Shown: positions 46,376 through 55,536 of the stretch, in pieces
Position numbering within the stretch: position 1 is the stretch's first letter
How the letters are laid out: each line of letters starts with the position of its first letter
Source: an uncultured Candidatus Saccharibacteria bacterium
GTDB lineage: Bacteria > Patescibacteriota > Minisyncoccia > Minisyncoccales > Staskawiczbacteraceae
DNA: 64,000 bases
Direction of reading: 5' to 3'
NCBI GenBank assembly: GCA_964424305.1
Contig: CAYRHW010000001.1
Location: 7,947 to 71,946, forward strand
Notes under the pieces: generated by a model
Database searches by the model: none
Seen by the model: the letters and a program-made list of their open reading frames with translations, nothing else
What the model was told of the DNA's origin: nothing
Position numbers and translations under genes: made by a program

Positions 46376-47361
46376 TTTAGTATTAATCCTCCTTGATAAT
46401 TTAGTTTATAAATAGGCTTCCCACCCATTGTTATCTTCTCCTCCCCAGAAAACTTTTCTAAAGAGCCCTGCCCCTTATCTTCATACCTGAGATCCTTTTT
46501 CTTATTCTCACAACTTCCTCCCAACCGACAGACATCAACTAGGGCAAACAACGTCTGTTTTAAAAACTCTGTTGGGTCTTCTTTTAATTGATCGCCGAAA
46601 TAGCCCATGGCCCAAGCTGGTTTATTGTTCCAATAAACAGTTTCCTGCCCAATAATATTAGCTTTCCCCGAGAAATATATATCCTGATAAAACCAATCTC
46701 CTTTTTGAAACTCAAACTCTTTTGACCCCTTAAGGCGCGGGTTATCTAGCGCCGCAGCACCACCAGCGAAGGTATTGCGCCTAGCTTCTGTTATAAAGCC
46801 CCTAAGTTCTTCAATCTTTATATCTCTGACACCAGATGATCCAGCCTCTGGGAAAACAAACTCTTTCCCTTTTTCTACTATGTCCGTTAATATCTCTCCA
46901 AGATTATGTTTGGTCACTACAAATTTTGAATAAATGTTGATGCCCCTCACGTCTACTGGGGCTTCGAATATAAAAACATTTTGACCATCTACCGTTGCTT
47001 GTTCGGCTACCTCGATAAATTTGGCAGATGGCACCAACCATGCATACTCAAAAATGTCTTGTACCACCATATCAAAATGTACAAACAATATGTAAAGTCC
47101 TTCGTCAGAGATGATCTCCCCCTCCGTAACTACCGAAGTAAAAAATCCTTCCCTCTCACCCCTTCTACATTGTTTAATAGTTAAATAGGCTATTTCTTTG
47201 TCAGAATAGTCTCCTCTCTTTTGAATAATTAAACTAACAACAGAATTAGATTTTTCTGGTTTTGTAACAATAAGTTGGCCACCCGTTGATACAGATATCC
47301 AATCAATCACTGTGGCTATAATTTTCTCTCTAATATTAACTACCGGGATATTTTTATTCAT
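46372..47361 (-). CDS. hypothetical protein, translationally coupled to the EndoQ-like gene (C-terminal DUF5680-like?)
   Basis: 4-nt overlap with the downstream gene. The C-terminal FAGGAAALDNPRLKGSKEFEFQKGDWFYQDIY pattern is only vaguely familiar. Confidence 0.5.
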   Translation of the reverse strand: MNKNIPVVNIREKIIATVIDWISVSTGGQLIVTKPEKSNSVVSLIIQKRGDYSDKEIAYLTIKQCRRGEREGFFTSVVTEGEIISDEGLYILFVHFDMVVQDIFEYAWLVPSAKFIEVAEQATVDGQNVFIFEAPVDVRGINIYSKFVVTKHNLGEILTDIVEKGKEFVFPEAGSSGVRDIKIEELRGFITEARRNTFAGGAAALDNPRLKGSKEFEFQKGDWFYQDIYFSGKANIIGQETVYWNNKPAWAMGYFGDQLKEDPTEFLKQTLFALVDVCRLGGSCENKKKDLRYEDKGQGSLEKFSGEEKITMGGKPIYKLNYQGGLILK

Positions 47362-47424
47362 TTTTTAATACTATAAATTAAACCATGGTCATCCTTGGGG
47401 CGCCAATTTCGATAATAACTAATC

Positions 47425-47766
47425 CTATACTTTAAAAACCCTATAACCCTCTCTAACCTTCTCTTTTACTTTTAAACCAACGTCGTCTCCTTTCTTTGCA
47501 GCTTTCACCTTTTTGTGATCAATCTGCATTGAGGAAACGTCTTGGTTAAAATCTGTGTTCTCCCCACCGATTATCCTGATTTCATCTCCTTCTTTGATGG
47601 GAGCAGCCATTTTCAGAACAGCCACGCTTATCTCAGAGAAATAGTGGGTAATTTGACCAACTAATTTTCCCTCCTTGGCTTTAGACACCTTAACAACGGG
47701 GGCTACTTTTTTCGCTACCTTCTTAACTACTTTCTTCACTTTCTTTTTTATTACTTTTTTAGGCAT
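47425..47766 (-). CDS. Lys-rich small protein with EF-Tu-domain-2-like beta-barrel
   Basis: GKLVGQITHYFSEISVAVLKMAAPIKEGDEIRIIG...KGDDVGLKV resembles translation-factor domain 2. The likely start is MPKKVIKKK. Confidence 0.45.
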   Translation of the reverse strand: MPKKVIKKKVKKVVKKVAKKVAPVVKVSKAKEGKLVGQITHYFSEISVAVLKMAAPIKEGDEIRIIGGENTDFNQDVSSMQIDHKKVKAAKKGDDVGLKVKEKVREGYRVFKV

Positions 47767-47840
47767 ATTTTTATATACTCTATTATTGTCTTCGACCTTT
47801 ATTATATATTCTAGCACAATACCAAACGTTGTGAAGTATC

Positions 47841-48003
47841 AAAAAACCCCGCTAAAACGGGGCACTTTGATGAGGGGGTTTATAACTCTCAATGTCATCG
47901 ATCTATGCTCGAGCCTAGTTCGGACATGAACCAAGTTTATACAAATTCAATCTCCTCCATTAAGAACTATTTTGTCCTTGAGAATAAATCTCACACCCCC
48001 TCA
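47841..48003 (-). ncRNA. candidate structured sRNA (about 160 nt), class unknown
   Basis: TTGACA-N16-TACAAT promoter (48037-48010). The 5' GAGGGGGT pairs with the 3' ACCCCCTC, and a second helix is TCTCAA/TTGAGA. It ends in terminator CCCCG-ttttag-CGGGG plus T6 (47862-47841). No credible ORF. Confidence 0.35.
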
Positions 48004-48111
48004 AATTGTATTGTAGTTTTAATTCGGATTATGTCAATATCATATTTTCTTTGCAACTTCCCAGGCACGATATTCAAATCGAAAACTGCCAGGTAGAATA
48101 CCTTACATTAA

Positions 48112-48567
48112 TTAGTTGCAACTATATGTTGAGGTACAATTGCTAAAGTTCGGACTATCAAACCGACCAGCGAAACCAGTACTGTCTATGCACCAATAAC
48201 TATAGTCCGCTGGTGGGTAAGTAGTTAACAATAATATCACATAACAAAACTTATCATTTCCATTATTATTAAGAGCCCCCGGGATATTCCAGGGACCCCC
48301 TCCCGACCACCCAGTAATTCTTCTGATATCCGCGAATATTTTCTGAGCCTCTGAACTAGCCTCCAGCCCATTGTAATTATTATTATCAAGATTATATTGC
48401 AGGCCGATTGTCATAAATTGTTTCAGCTGAAGCTTTACAGCAGCATCTTTTGCTTTATTCCTAACAACGCTGACATTTACCAACACAATGGTAGACAGGA
48501 TGCCTATAATAGCGATGACTACTAATAATTCTATTAGTGTAAACCCCCGTATTTTTTTCATATCCAT
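48112..48567 (-). CDS. type IV pilin/pseudopilin with prepilin N-methylation motif
   Basis: KKIRGFTLIELLVVIAIIGIL class III signal peptide. Confidence 0.85.
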   Translation of the reverse strand: MDMKKIRGFTLIELLVVIAIIGILSTIVLVNVSVVRNKAKDAAVKLQLKQFMTIGLQYNLDNNNYNGLEASSEAQKIFADIRRITGWSGGGPWNIPGALNNNGNDKFCYVILLLTTYPPADYSYWCIDSTGFAGRFDSPNFSNCTSTYSCN

Positions 48568-48638
48568 ATTACTATTATATACAAAAAATGCAGACATAAG
48601 AAATCTCCGCCCCCATAAATAAGGGCCACGCATCCATA

Positions 48639-48710
48639 TGCTCCCGGAAGGAATCGAACCCTCACCTGAAGTTCCGGAAACTTCCGTTCTGTCCGTTGAA
48701 CTACGGGAGC
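48639..48710 (-). tRNA. tRNA-Arg (anticodon CCG)
   Basis: Hand-folded. Acceptor GCTCCCG/CGGGAGC. Anticodon stem GAAGT/ACTTC with loop TTCCGGA. T arm GAGGG-TTCGATT-CCTTC. Confidence 0.8.
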
Positions 48711-49427
48711 TTATTTTTCTGCCACAATATATATATTGTTGTTATTCCTGTCCGGTCTTTTAGTAATCCCGGCTTTTTTTATTTTAAACCCCGCCTTCTT
48801 AAAAAGCCTCTCTATTTCCCTTTGTGTAAAAAGATGTAGATATCGCTGAGCTAAAATTTTCCTGTCATTATTCCTCCAAGGGAAAAGGACATCTCTAAAA
48901 TCTAACTTTGACAGACCGAGCACCTTGAGACTGGCATTCTTAATTAACTCCCGCCATGCCACCCCCTTGTGCCACAGATTCCAAACGGTTACCACCACGA
49001 TTCCGCCCGGCCTCAAAACTCTCTTAATTTCTCTTAAAACACCCGATCTTACCTCTTTTGATGGTATATGATGCAAGGTGGCAATGCAATAAACTTTATC
49101 GAAATAATTGTCATCGAATGGTAATTTTAAAATATCAACTACTCTAAAATCTGCTTCGGGTGTTTTCACTTGTGCTCCCCTTATTAATCCTTCAGAATTA
49201 TCAACTCCGACATATTCTACATTCTTATCTTTTAACGCTCCGAATAATCTTCCATTACCACAACCCAAATCCAGCACTTTATCGCCCGATACAGTATAAT
49301 CGAGGAATGGTATTAGATCCTGCCAAATAATATTTCTAGTATTTCTTGTTCTTGAAAACTGTTCGGCAATCAGGTTATAATCTGCCTTGGTCTTGTTTAT
49401 AAGATATTCTGCATATTCTCGTTTCAT
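48711..49427 (-). CDS. class I SAM-dependent methyltransferase
   Basis: VLDLGCGNGR motif I and a Methyltransf_11-like layout. Confidence 0.8.
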   Translation of the reverse strand: MKREYAEYLINKTKADYNLIAEQFSRTRNTRNIIWQDLIPFLDYTVSGDKVLDLGCGNGRLFGALKDKNVEYVGVDNSEGLIRGAQVKTPEADFRVVDILKLPFDDNYFDKVYCIATLHHIPSKEVRSGVLREIKRVLRPGGIVVVTVWNLWHKGVAWRELIKNASLKVLGLSKLDFRDVLFPWRNNDRKILAQRYLHLFTQREIERLFKKAGFKIKKAGITKRPDRNNNNIYIVAEK

Positions 49428-50999
49428 ATGAAAAAAATCGATCTAAATTTAATAATTCCCGACCTGATCAAAGCCAAATTAGAAAATGTGGGAGATTTGG
49501 CGATTGTAAAAAGAAAACTAGCCAAGAAATACGGGGTTTCTATTCTCTCTAATGTTAATCTACTCAAAGCGTATCATATTTATTGTCATAAAAAAAGAAA
49601 AAAACCCAATCCGTTTATTGAACAAACGCTAAGGAAAAGGCTGATAAGATCTCTCTCCGGCATAGCCGTTGTCTCTGTGCTCACAAAACCATATCCCTGC
49701 CCAGGGAAATGCCTCTACTGCCCAACTGAAAAAGGCATGCCAAAATCTTACCTCTCAAATGAACCTGCCGCGATGCGAGCTGTTTTAAATAATTTTGATC
49801 CAGAAAGACAGATTAAAAATAGGCTAGAGTCATTAGCTTTACAGGGGCACCCAACAGACAAAATAGAACTAATCGTCATCGGCGGAACTTGGTCATATTT
49901 CCCGACAAGTTATAAAAACTGGTTCATAAAAAGGTGCTTCGAGGCAGCGAATGGTAAAAAATCAAAAGACTTGGCAACCGCCCAAAGGATAAACGAGGGA
50001 GCCAAGCACAGGATTATTGGTATAACCATTGAAACAAGGCCGGACTATATTAACGGAAAAGAGATACAACATTTAAGAGAACTCGGGGTTACCAGGGCAG
50101 AAATGGGAGTACAAAGCATTTTTGAAGATGTTTTAAAATATAATCTAAGAGGACACAAAGTAGAAGATATTGTTAACGCGACAAAACTTCTGAAAGACGC
50201 TGGTTTCAAAATATGCTATCACATAATGCCTAATTTACCCGGATCTAATGTGAGAAAAGACGAAGAAGTTTTCAAAACCATATTTTCTAACTCTGCTTTT
50301 CAACCAGATTTATTAAAGATATATCCTTGCGCCATACTAAAAAATGCCCCTTTATACAAACTATGGCAGCAGGGAAGATATAAACCTTACACCAAGAAGC
50401 AATTAACGGATCTACTACTTAGAATAAAAAAACAAATCCCTTACTACTGCCGTATCCAGAGATTAACTCGTGATATTCCATCTCCAAGCATAGTTACCGG
50501 CCCGACAAAAATATCGAACATGCGCCAAATATTGGAAAAATTGTCGAAAGAACAAAGTTGGAGATGCAAATGTATAAGGTGTAGAGAGGTTAAAGAAAAT
50601 TACGACGCAAAAGAAAATTTGTATTTGTATAAGCAAGAGTATGAAGCTTCTGGTGGGAAAGAAATATTTTTAAGCTACGAGAATAAAGACAGGACTCGGC
50701 TCTATAGCCTACTAAGATTGAGGGCTCCTTCTGTAGACACCTCCATCCCCGCGCTGAAAAGCTCTACGATTGTCAGAGAGCTACATACATACGGGCAGCT
50801 ACATCCGTTTAAATCCACCGCCGTATCTCCACAACACAAGGGCTTGGGGAAAAAATTAATAAAAGAAGCGGAGAAAATAACCGCGAGTGAGTTCCATCTT
50901 AAAAAAATCGGCATAATCTCTGGAGTGGGGGTAAGGGGATATTACAGAGGGCTGGGGTATAAATTAGAGAATACCTATATGACTAAAAAGCTCCGCTAA
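49428..50999 (+). CDS. elp3: Elp3-like radical-SAM/GNAT tRNA-modification enzyme
   Basis: Cys cluster PCPGKCLYCP, radical-SAM core and a C-terminal GNAT-like QHKGLGKKLIKEAE. Confidence 0.8.
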   Translation: MKKIDLNLIIPDLIKAKLENVGDLAIVKRKLAKKYGVSILSNVNLLKAYHIYCHKKRKKPNPFIEQTLRKRLIRSLSGIAVVSVLTKPYPCPGKCLYCPTEKGMPKSYLSNEPAAMRAVLNNFDPERQIKNRLESLALQGHPTDKIELIVIGGTWSYFPTSYKNWFIKRCFEAANGKKSKDLATAQRINEGAKHRIIGITIETRPDYINGKEIQHLRELGVTRAEMGVQSIFEDVLKYNLRGHKVEDIVNATKLLKDAGFKICYHIMPNLPGSNVRKDEEVFKTIFSNSAFQPDLLKIYPCAILKNAPLYKLWQQGRYKPYTKKQLTDLLLRIKKQIPYYCRIQRLTRDIPSPSIVTGPTKISNMRQILEKLSKEQSWRCKCIRCREVKENYDAKENLYLYKQEYEASGGKEIFLSYENKDRTRLYSLLRLRAPSVDTSIPALKSSTIVRELHTYGQLHPFKSTAVSPQHKGLGKKLIKEAEKITASEFHLKKIGIISGVGVRGYYRGLGYKLENTYMTKKLR

Positions 51000-51024
51000 T
51001 TAGCGGAGCTTTTTATTTGTAACT

Positions 51025-51969
51025 TTAAAATCTTTTTATTCTGATTAATCCCGAGCAAGGAATAATTTCTATCCCCCTCTTTTCTAGTTCATCTAGAAAC
51101 AAATTAATGCCCAAAGAATCAGAAGACATGTGCCCGGCGATAACAATATTCACATTGGCTAATTCCGCCTCTTTCTTGTGCTCTTCCGAAACATGCATTC
51201 CAATTACTGTGCCAATGCCGGCCTGAGCCATCTTCTCATAGAGCTTAGGAGATCCCTCTGTGCCACCCGTAATCTCTGTTACTGCAATTTTTCCACAGCG
51301 TCCCTCGGGACTACCAACATAGATCTTGGGTCCTGCCCCAATTTTCATCGCCTCTGCATACTCTGGGATTTCTTTCAACATATCCATTACATCTCCAACA
51401 GTACTAAATTCTTTTTCTTCGACCTTATCCTTTAAAAACTTAGCAGCTAAATTATCGCAAGTAGTATGTAGGCACATTAAGTTGAACCCCAACAATTTCG
51501 CCGTATCCACCGTCCTCTGATGATTGCTAGAATTCACACCCCTAGCAACTTCGCTTATTTTTTCTCTCATTAAACCCTCCGCCACATTAATCGGTACACC
51601 GTAGGTCGCCAAGACATCACATTGTAAGCTCATTACGTCTGCTAGATTCGCCAAACCCTTCCCCCTGGGGTGATGAGCGATAATTAAATCTATATTTCCC
51701 AATTCCTTCGCCAAGAGAATCTCAGCTGACTCGATATCAATCCCGAATAGAATCTTTTTTATTTCCCTATCCTCGGCCACATGCAAAATTCTAGAGTCAG
51801 AATATGGGTTCTCTAGGGTTTCTATATCAAATTCTTCTTTCTGTTTATCTGATAATTTATCGTATTTCTCTTTTCTCCTCTGCAAAAGATTTTTTACAAA
51901 ATCAGCGCCCCTTAAGTCAGTGGCGACACTCATTTGTATGGCTAGATCAAAAATATCCTTAATTTGCAT
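51025..51969 (-). CDS. NIF3-family dinuclear-metal protein (GTP cyclohydrolase 1 type 2 homolog)
   Basis: DLIIAHHP and HMSSD motifs. Confidence 0.75.
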   Translation of the reverse strand: MQIKDIFDLAIQMSVATDLRGADFVKNLLQRRKEKYDKLSDKQKEEFDIETLENPYSDSRILHVAEDREIKKILFGIDIESAEILLAKELGNIDLIIAHHPRGKGLANLADVMSLQCDVLATYGVPINVAEGLMREKISEVARGVNSSNHQRTVDTAKLLGFNLMCLHTTCDNLAAKFLKDKVEEKEFSTVGDVMDMLKEIPEYAEAMKIGAGPKIYVGSPEGRCGKIAVTEITGGTEGSPKLYEKMAQAGIGTVIGMHVSEEHKKEAELANVNIVIAGHMSSDSLGINLFLDELEKRGIEIIPCSGLIRIKRF

Positions 51970-52120
51970 CTTTCGCTAACTTATCTTTAGTAATAAATCT
52001 TAGAACAAGCTCTTTGATTGCCTCTTCTTGTTTTTTGGAGTCTAAAATCTCCCGGCGAATTTTAGCCTTGGCCGTTCTAATAAACTTCCTGATTGATTTT
52101 GGTAAGTTATTTTTTGTCAT
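51959..52120 (-). CDS. possible small basic protein, 53 aa (below ORF-track cutoff)
   Basis: Own translation: MTKNNLPKSIRKFIRTAKAKIRREILDSKKQEEAIKELVLRFITKDKLAKDAN. It overlaps the NIF3 start by 11 nt. No SD, as in other core genes. Confidence 0.3.
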   Translation of the reverse strand: MTKNNLPKSIRKFIRTAKAKIRREILDSKKQEEAIKELVLRFITKDKLAKDAN

Positions 52121-52344
52121 AATGCTACTCTAGCCTAAACAAGGTTAAAAATCAACAAAAAAGTTCCCTACACAGCGACGCGTAGGGAACTCATATCTTT
52201 ATGCGGTCGACATAACCGCTTATTTCTAAACCCGGAGACGAGGGAAAGGAGAAGTAAACCCCGGCTCCGGGCGACCAACGACCATGCGATCAAGCGGGGT
52301 AAGGAGGAGGGATGCCTAACCCCACAATCACCTGGTCTCGCTGA

Positions 52345-52848
52345 TCAAACTGGCCCGGAAGGACCAGCTGCTCTATCGGGAGAAACTTTGGCAGTCTCAA
52401 GCAATGCCTTCTCTGCTCTCATTGCAACTCGCAGAAGACCCACAAACTCACCAAAGTTTTTTGCCAACGCTTCCCGGCTTTTGCCGATAGTATCAACCGC
52501 AGCACCAATTCTGGCGATGGTGGCCTCGCTGGCCTCGCCAATCTTTATGACAGCGGCCTCATTGGCCTGATGCTGTTTCATCAACTCATCGCTAAGCCAT
52601 TTCTTGAGGCTCGTTTCCCATTCTTTCTGCCCCTTAATATGATCTTCAATTCTCTTTTCAACTTCGCCATTCTGTTTTTGAAGATGATCTTTCAATTTCC
52701 AAATTGTAGCAATTACTTTATTAATGTGCTGATGTTCTTTCTTGACGGCGTGCCTGAGATACAATAACGTTGCTATCGATATCCCGAGAGATGCCACAGA
52801 AAACACGAAAAAAAAGATACCCGTAGTTGAACCAATCTCACCTAACAT
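52345..52848 (-). CDS. N-terminally membrane-anchored coiled-coil protein (GC-rich orphan)
   Basis: AGGAGGTG SD before ATG 52848. TM segment GIFFFVFSVASLGISIATLLYL followed by a helical Lys/Glu/Ala-rich region. Confidence 0.55.
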   Translation of the reverse strand: MLGEIGSTTGIFFFVFSVASLGISIATLLYLRHAVKKEHQHINKVIATIWKLKDHLQKQNGEVEKRIEDHIKGQKEWETSLKKWLSDELMKQHQANEAAVIKIGEASEATIARIGAAVDTIGKSREALAKNFGEFVGLLRVAMRAEKALLETAKVSPDRAAGPSGPV

Positions 52849-52895
52849 GATTTCACCTCCTGGAAGTAAAGAACACAAATGTCCTCAATTCCTAA

Positions 52896-54176
52896 TTACA
52901 ATCTTCTTGTGCTAAAGTCAATACTTTTAAACTCTTCTTTCGTAATAGTCCGGTCGTCCCAAGGGACTTTTCCAGTTGATAAAACCATTAGTTGCTCTGT
53001 CCCTTTCCCTAAAATTAGGACCATATCATTTTCTTTCGCCAGTGTTAACCCTTTCCTAATGGCCTCCCTCCTGTCTAATATTTCAAACAAATTTTCTTTT
53101 ACAAACCCCGACTCAATCACCCCTTTTTTTATTTCCTCTACGATCTCTTCCGGCTTCTCATCGTAGGGATCTTCGTTGCACAGAACGATATAGTCGGCTG
53201 ATTGACCGGCAATCTTCCCTAAAACTGGCCTTTTCCATTTATCTCTTCCGCCACCAGCAGATCCGAAAACAACAATAATTTTATTGTGTGGGAAAGCTTT
53301 TACGGCTTTAAAAACCTCCTCATAGGAATCTGGGGTATGAGCTAAATCAACGATAACCTTATATGGCTTCTCTATCACAACCTCCATTCTACCGGGCATT
53401 ATACTAATTTTTTCTAAAGCCCTTTTACAAACCCCTAGAGCGACGCCGGAAGACAAACCGACCCCTACAGCCAAAAGGGAATTAGAAATATTAAACCTAC
53501 CCAGGAGCTTTAAATTAAAATCCATACCACCGATAGAAAACCCTACCCCCTCTCTAGACTCCTGAATATTTGTCGCGTATATATCAGCCCTCGGATTGAT
53601 CATGCTACACCCGATCTTTTTATGCGCAGGAAATTGCATAAAATATTCCAATTCCTTGTCATCCAAGTTTAATACATGAATATTTTTAGTTGCTTTAAAT
53701 AGTTTCCCCTTACAAAGCCTATAATTTTCAAAACTGCCGTGAGCCTCAATATGCTCCGGCTTTAAATTAGTAAAAACTGCAGTATCAAAATTGATAAACC
53801 TATGTCGATGTTGTTTTATCCCCTCTGATGTCACTTCTAAGATGGCGTAATCACATTTTGATATTAGGGCATCTTTCAAAAATCTTTGGATGACAAACCT
53901 TCCGGGCATTGTCATATGATAGGGATTTAATATCTCCCTATCGGCGACCTTAATTGTAGCCGAAGTCATCCAGGCCACCCTAAACCCTGCCTCCTCTAGG
54001 ATTTTTCCTATTAGTATCACTGAGGTGGATTTTCCTTTTGTCCCAGTCACCCCAATAACTTTTATTTTTTTACCAGGAAAACCATAAATCATAGCTGCTA
54101 ATAAAACTAGCTTATAGTGATATAAGCTAAGTAAAAACTTCGGTAATAATTTTTCTATTATTTTCTTAATTCCCAT
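52896..54176 (-). CDS. Mur ligase family protein (MurE-like, no N-terminal domain)
   Basis: P-loop GVTGTKGKSTS, EVTSEG, FTNLKPEHIEAHGSFENY. Confidence 0.75.
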   Translation of the reverse strand: MGIKKIIEKLLPKFLLSLYHYKLVLLAAMIYGFPGKKIKVIGVTGTKGKSTSVILIGKILEEAGFRVAWMTSATIKVADREILNPYHMTMPGRFVIQRFLKDALISKCDYAILEVTSEGIKQHRHRFINFDTAVFTNLKPEHIEAHGSFENYRLCKGKLFKATKNIHVLNLDDKELEYFMQFPAHKKIGCSMINPRADIYATNIQESREGVGFSIGGMDFNLKLLGRFNISNSLLAVGVGLSSGVALGVCKRALEKISIMPGRMEVVIEKPYKVIVDLAHTPDSYEEVFKAVKAFPHNKIIVVFGSAGGGRDKWKRPVLGKIAGQSADYIVLCNEDPYDEKPEEIVEEIKKGVIESGFVKENLFEILDRREAIRKGLTLAKENDMVLILGKGTEQLMVLSTGKVPWDDRTITKEEFKSIDFSTRRL

Positions 54177-54178
54177 GT

Positions 54179-54742
54179 TTATTGCCCTATCATTTGCAGG
54201 GCAATCTTTAATCTTTCTTGAGGGTCTTTTATATCTTTCGAAATCCTTGATAAAACTTCTTTTGCCTTTTGTCTTGGGAATCCAAGGTCCACCAACGTAT
54301 CTTCGGCTTCCTCCCCTCCGGGGGATTTCATTTTAGAAATATTTTTTATCTTCCCGGTAAGTTCTAAAATTATGGACATCGCTCTTTTCTGCCCAATTCC
54401 GGGGATAGATTGGAATATCGTCTCATCGTGATTTAGAATTTTATCTTTTAGTTTATCTAACGGCCCTAGGGAAGCGATTTCGATCGCGGCTTTCGGCCCT
54501 ATCCCCCTAATGTTATTTAATATTTCAAAAAATTCTAATTCTTGATAATCAAAAAACCCATAGAGGTCTTGGGCCGTTTCCTTAACATCCATGAAGATAT
54601 ATACCTTGAGGTTCTGCCCGACTTCGGGCAATTTTGAAAAAGATTTTTTAGACAAAAAAACCTTGTACCCTATATTATTAACTTCTAGGATAATAAACTT
54701 TTCTTTCTTTAAAACAATTTTCCCCTGGAGAGAGGCTATCAT
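54179..54742 (-). CDS. ruvA: Holliday junction DNA helicase RuvA
   Basis: MIASLQGKIVLKKEKFIILEVNNIGYKV plus HhH motifs (IRGIGPKAA, IPGIGQKRA). Confidence 0.9.
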   Translation of the reverse strand: MIASLQGKIVLKKEKFIILEVNNIGYKVFLSKKSFSKLPEVGQNLKVYIFMDVKETAQDLYGFFDYQELEFFEILNNIRGIGPKAAIEIASLGPLDKLKDKILNHDETIFQSIPGIGQKRAMSIILELTGKIKNISKMKSPGGEEAEDTLVDLGFPRQKAKEVLSRISKDIKDPQERLKIALQMIGQ

Positions 54743-55011
54743 TTGGTGATGTCTTTTTTAATTTCGCTCTCAATCTTACCCATTTCTTTATAAAGGACAT
54801 CTTCAAGATTCGGCAAATGAGTAGTAATAAATTCTTCTTGCAACTCCTGATTCTGTGACAGAAAAATATCGTTCATTTTTTTCTTGTCACTTTCGCTTAA
54901 ACTAAGATACAGATTCTTTAGAACCCTCTCTAGCACCAATTCAAAAAGATCTTTGGTTATTTTCCTCTCTTCTCCCGGAATATTTATTTTATTAAATATA
55001 TCTTCGTACAT
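54739..55011 (-). CDS. hypothetical helical protein, 90 aa
   Basis: ORF coupled to ruvA by a 4-nt overlap. No motif recognised. Confidence 0.5.
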   Translation of the reverse strand: MYEDIFNKINIPGEERKITKDLFELVLERVLKNLYLSLSESDKKKMNDIFLSQNQELQEEFITTHLPNLEDVLYKEMGKIESEIKKDITK

Positions 55012-55016
55012 TGTAA

Positions 55017-55352
55017 TTATTTACCCCCCTTTTCCTCTTTCTTCGCTTTCGGTATCTTTACCCCAGCCTTCTTTAACACGGGGGCTAATATATCTTCTTT
55101 AATCGAGTCTTTAACCTCTTTGGCCGCCTCCAATGTAACGACAACCGACAAGGCAACTAAGGTACGCCCAATATTCCAAGCCAAACCGACGATGCTTGCC
55201 AGGGCGCCCGTTCCCTTATCTAAAACCCCGACCACAGCTCTTTTGCCACTGTCCATCCATGTTCTGGTTTCAGGGGCCTCGTTTCCTGTCTCCTCTGTCC
55301 TGCGCTGGATAGAGTCTTCCACTGCCTCATTGGCTTCTTGTGGCGCTTCCAT
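55017..55352 (-). CDS. hypothetical small membrane protein (GC-rich orphan)
   Basis: Purine-rich GAGAGGGGGG sequence before ATG 55352. Hydrophobic ALASIVGLAWNIGRTLVALSVVVTL. The ORF-track N-terminal extension lies in AT-rich intergenic sequence. Confidence 0.45.
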   Translation of the reverse strand: MEAPQEANEAVEDSIQRRTEETGNEAPETRTWMDSGKRAVVGVLDKGTGALASIVGLAWNIGRTLVALSVVVTLEAAKEVKDSIKEDILAPVLKKAGVKIPKAKKEEKGGK

Positions 55353-55536
55353 TATATTGCCCCCCTCTCTTGATCTAAATTGTTCTACCATATTGCAAAT
55401 ATATTGATATGCATTGATTGTAATACTTTTTAGGCTAAATTCAACTTCATTAAGGACGAAAATATGTAATTTAAGACGACCAAATATCCAAAGTAACAAA
55501 AAACTGTCCCAGCAGTTGAGACAGTTTTCCAAAACA

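Noticed and set aside
47905-48096. 63-aa plus-strand ORF in the pilin-proximal intergenic gap.
   Set aside because: It has no SD and an odd composition. The region is better explained by a minus-strand promoter-to-terminator RNA.
52160-52345. GC-rich 150-nt stretch between the stop of ORF 52345-52848 and its terminator (52160-52195), considered as a small ORF (19 aa) or ncRNA.
   Set aside because: The 19-aa frame has no SD, and only short hairpins are present. It is most simply a structured 3' UTR.
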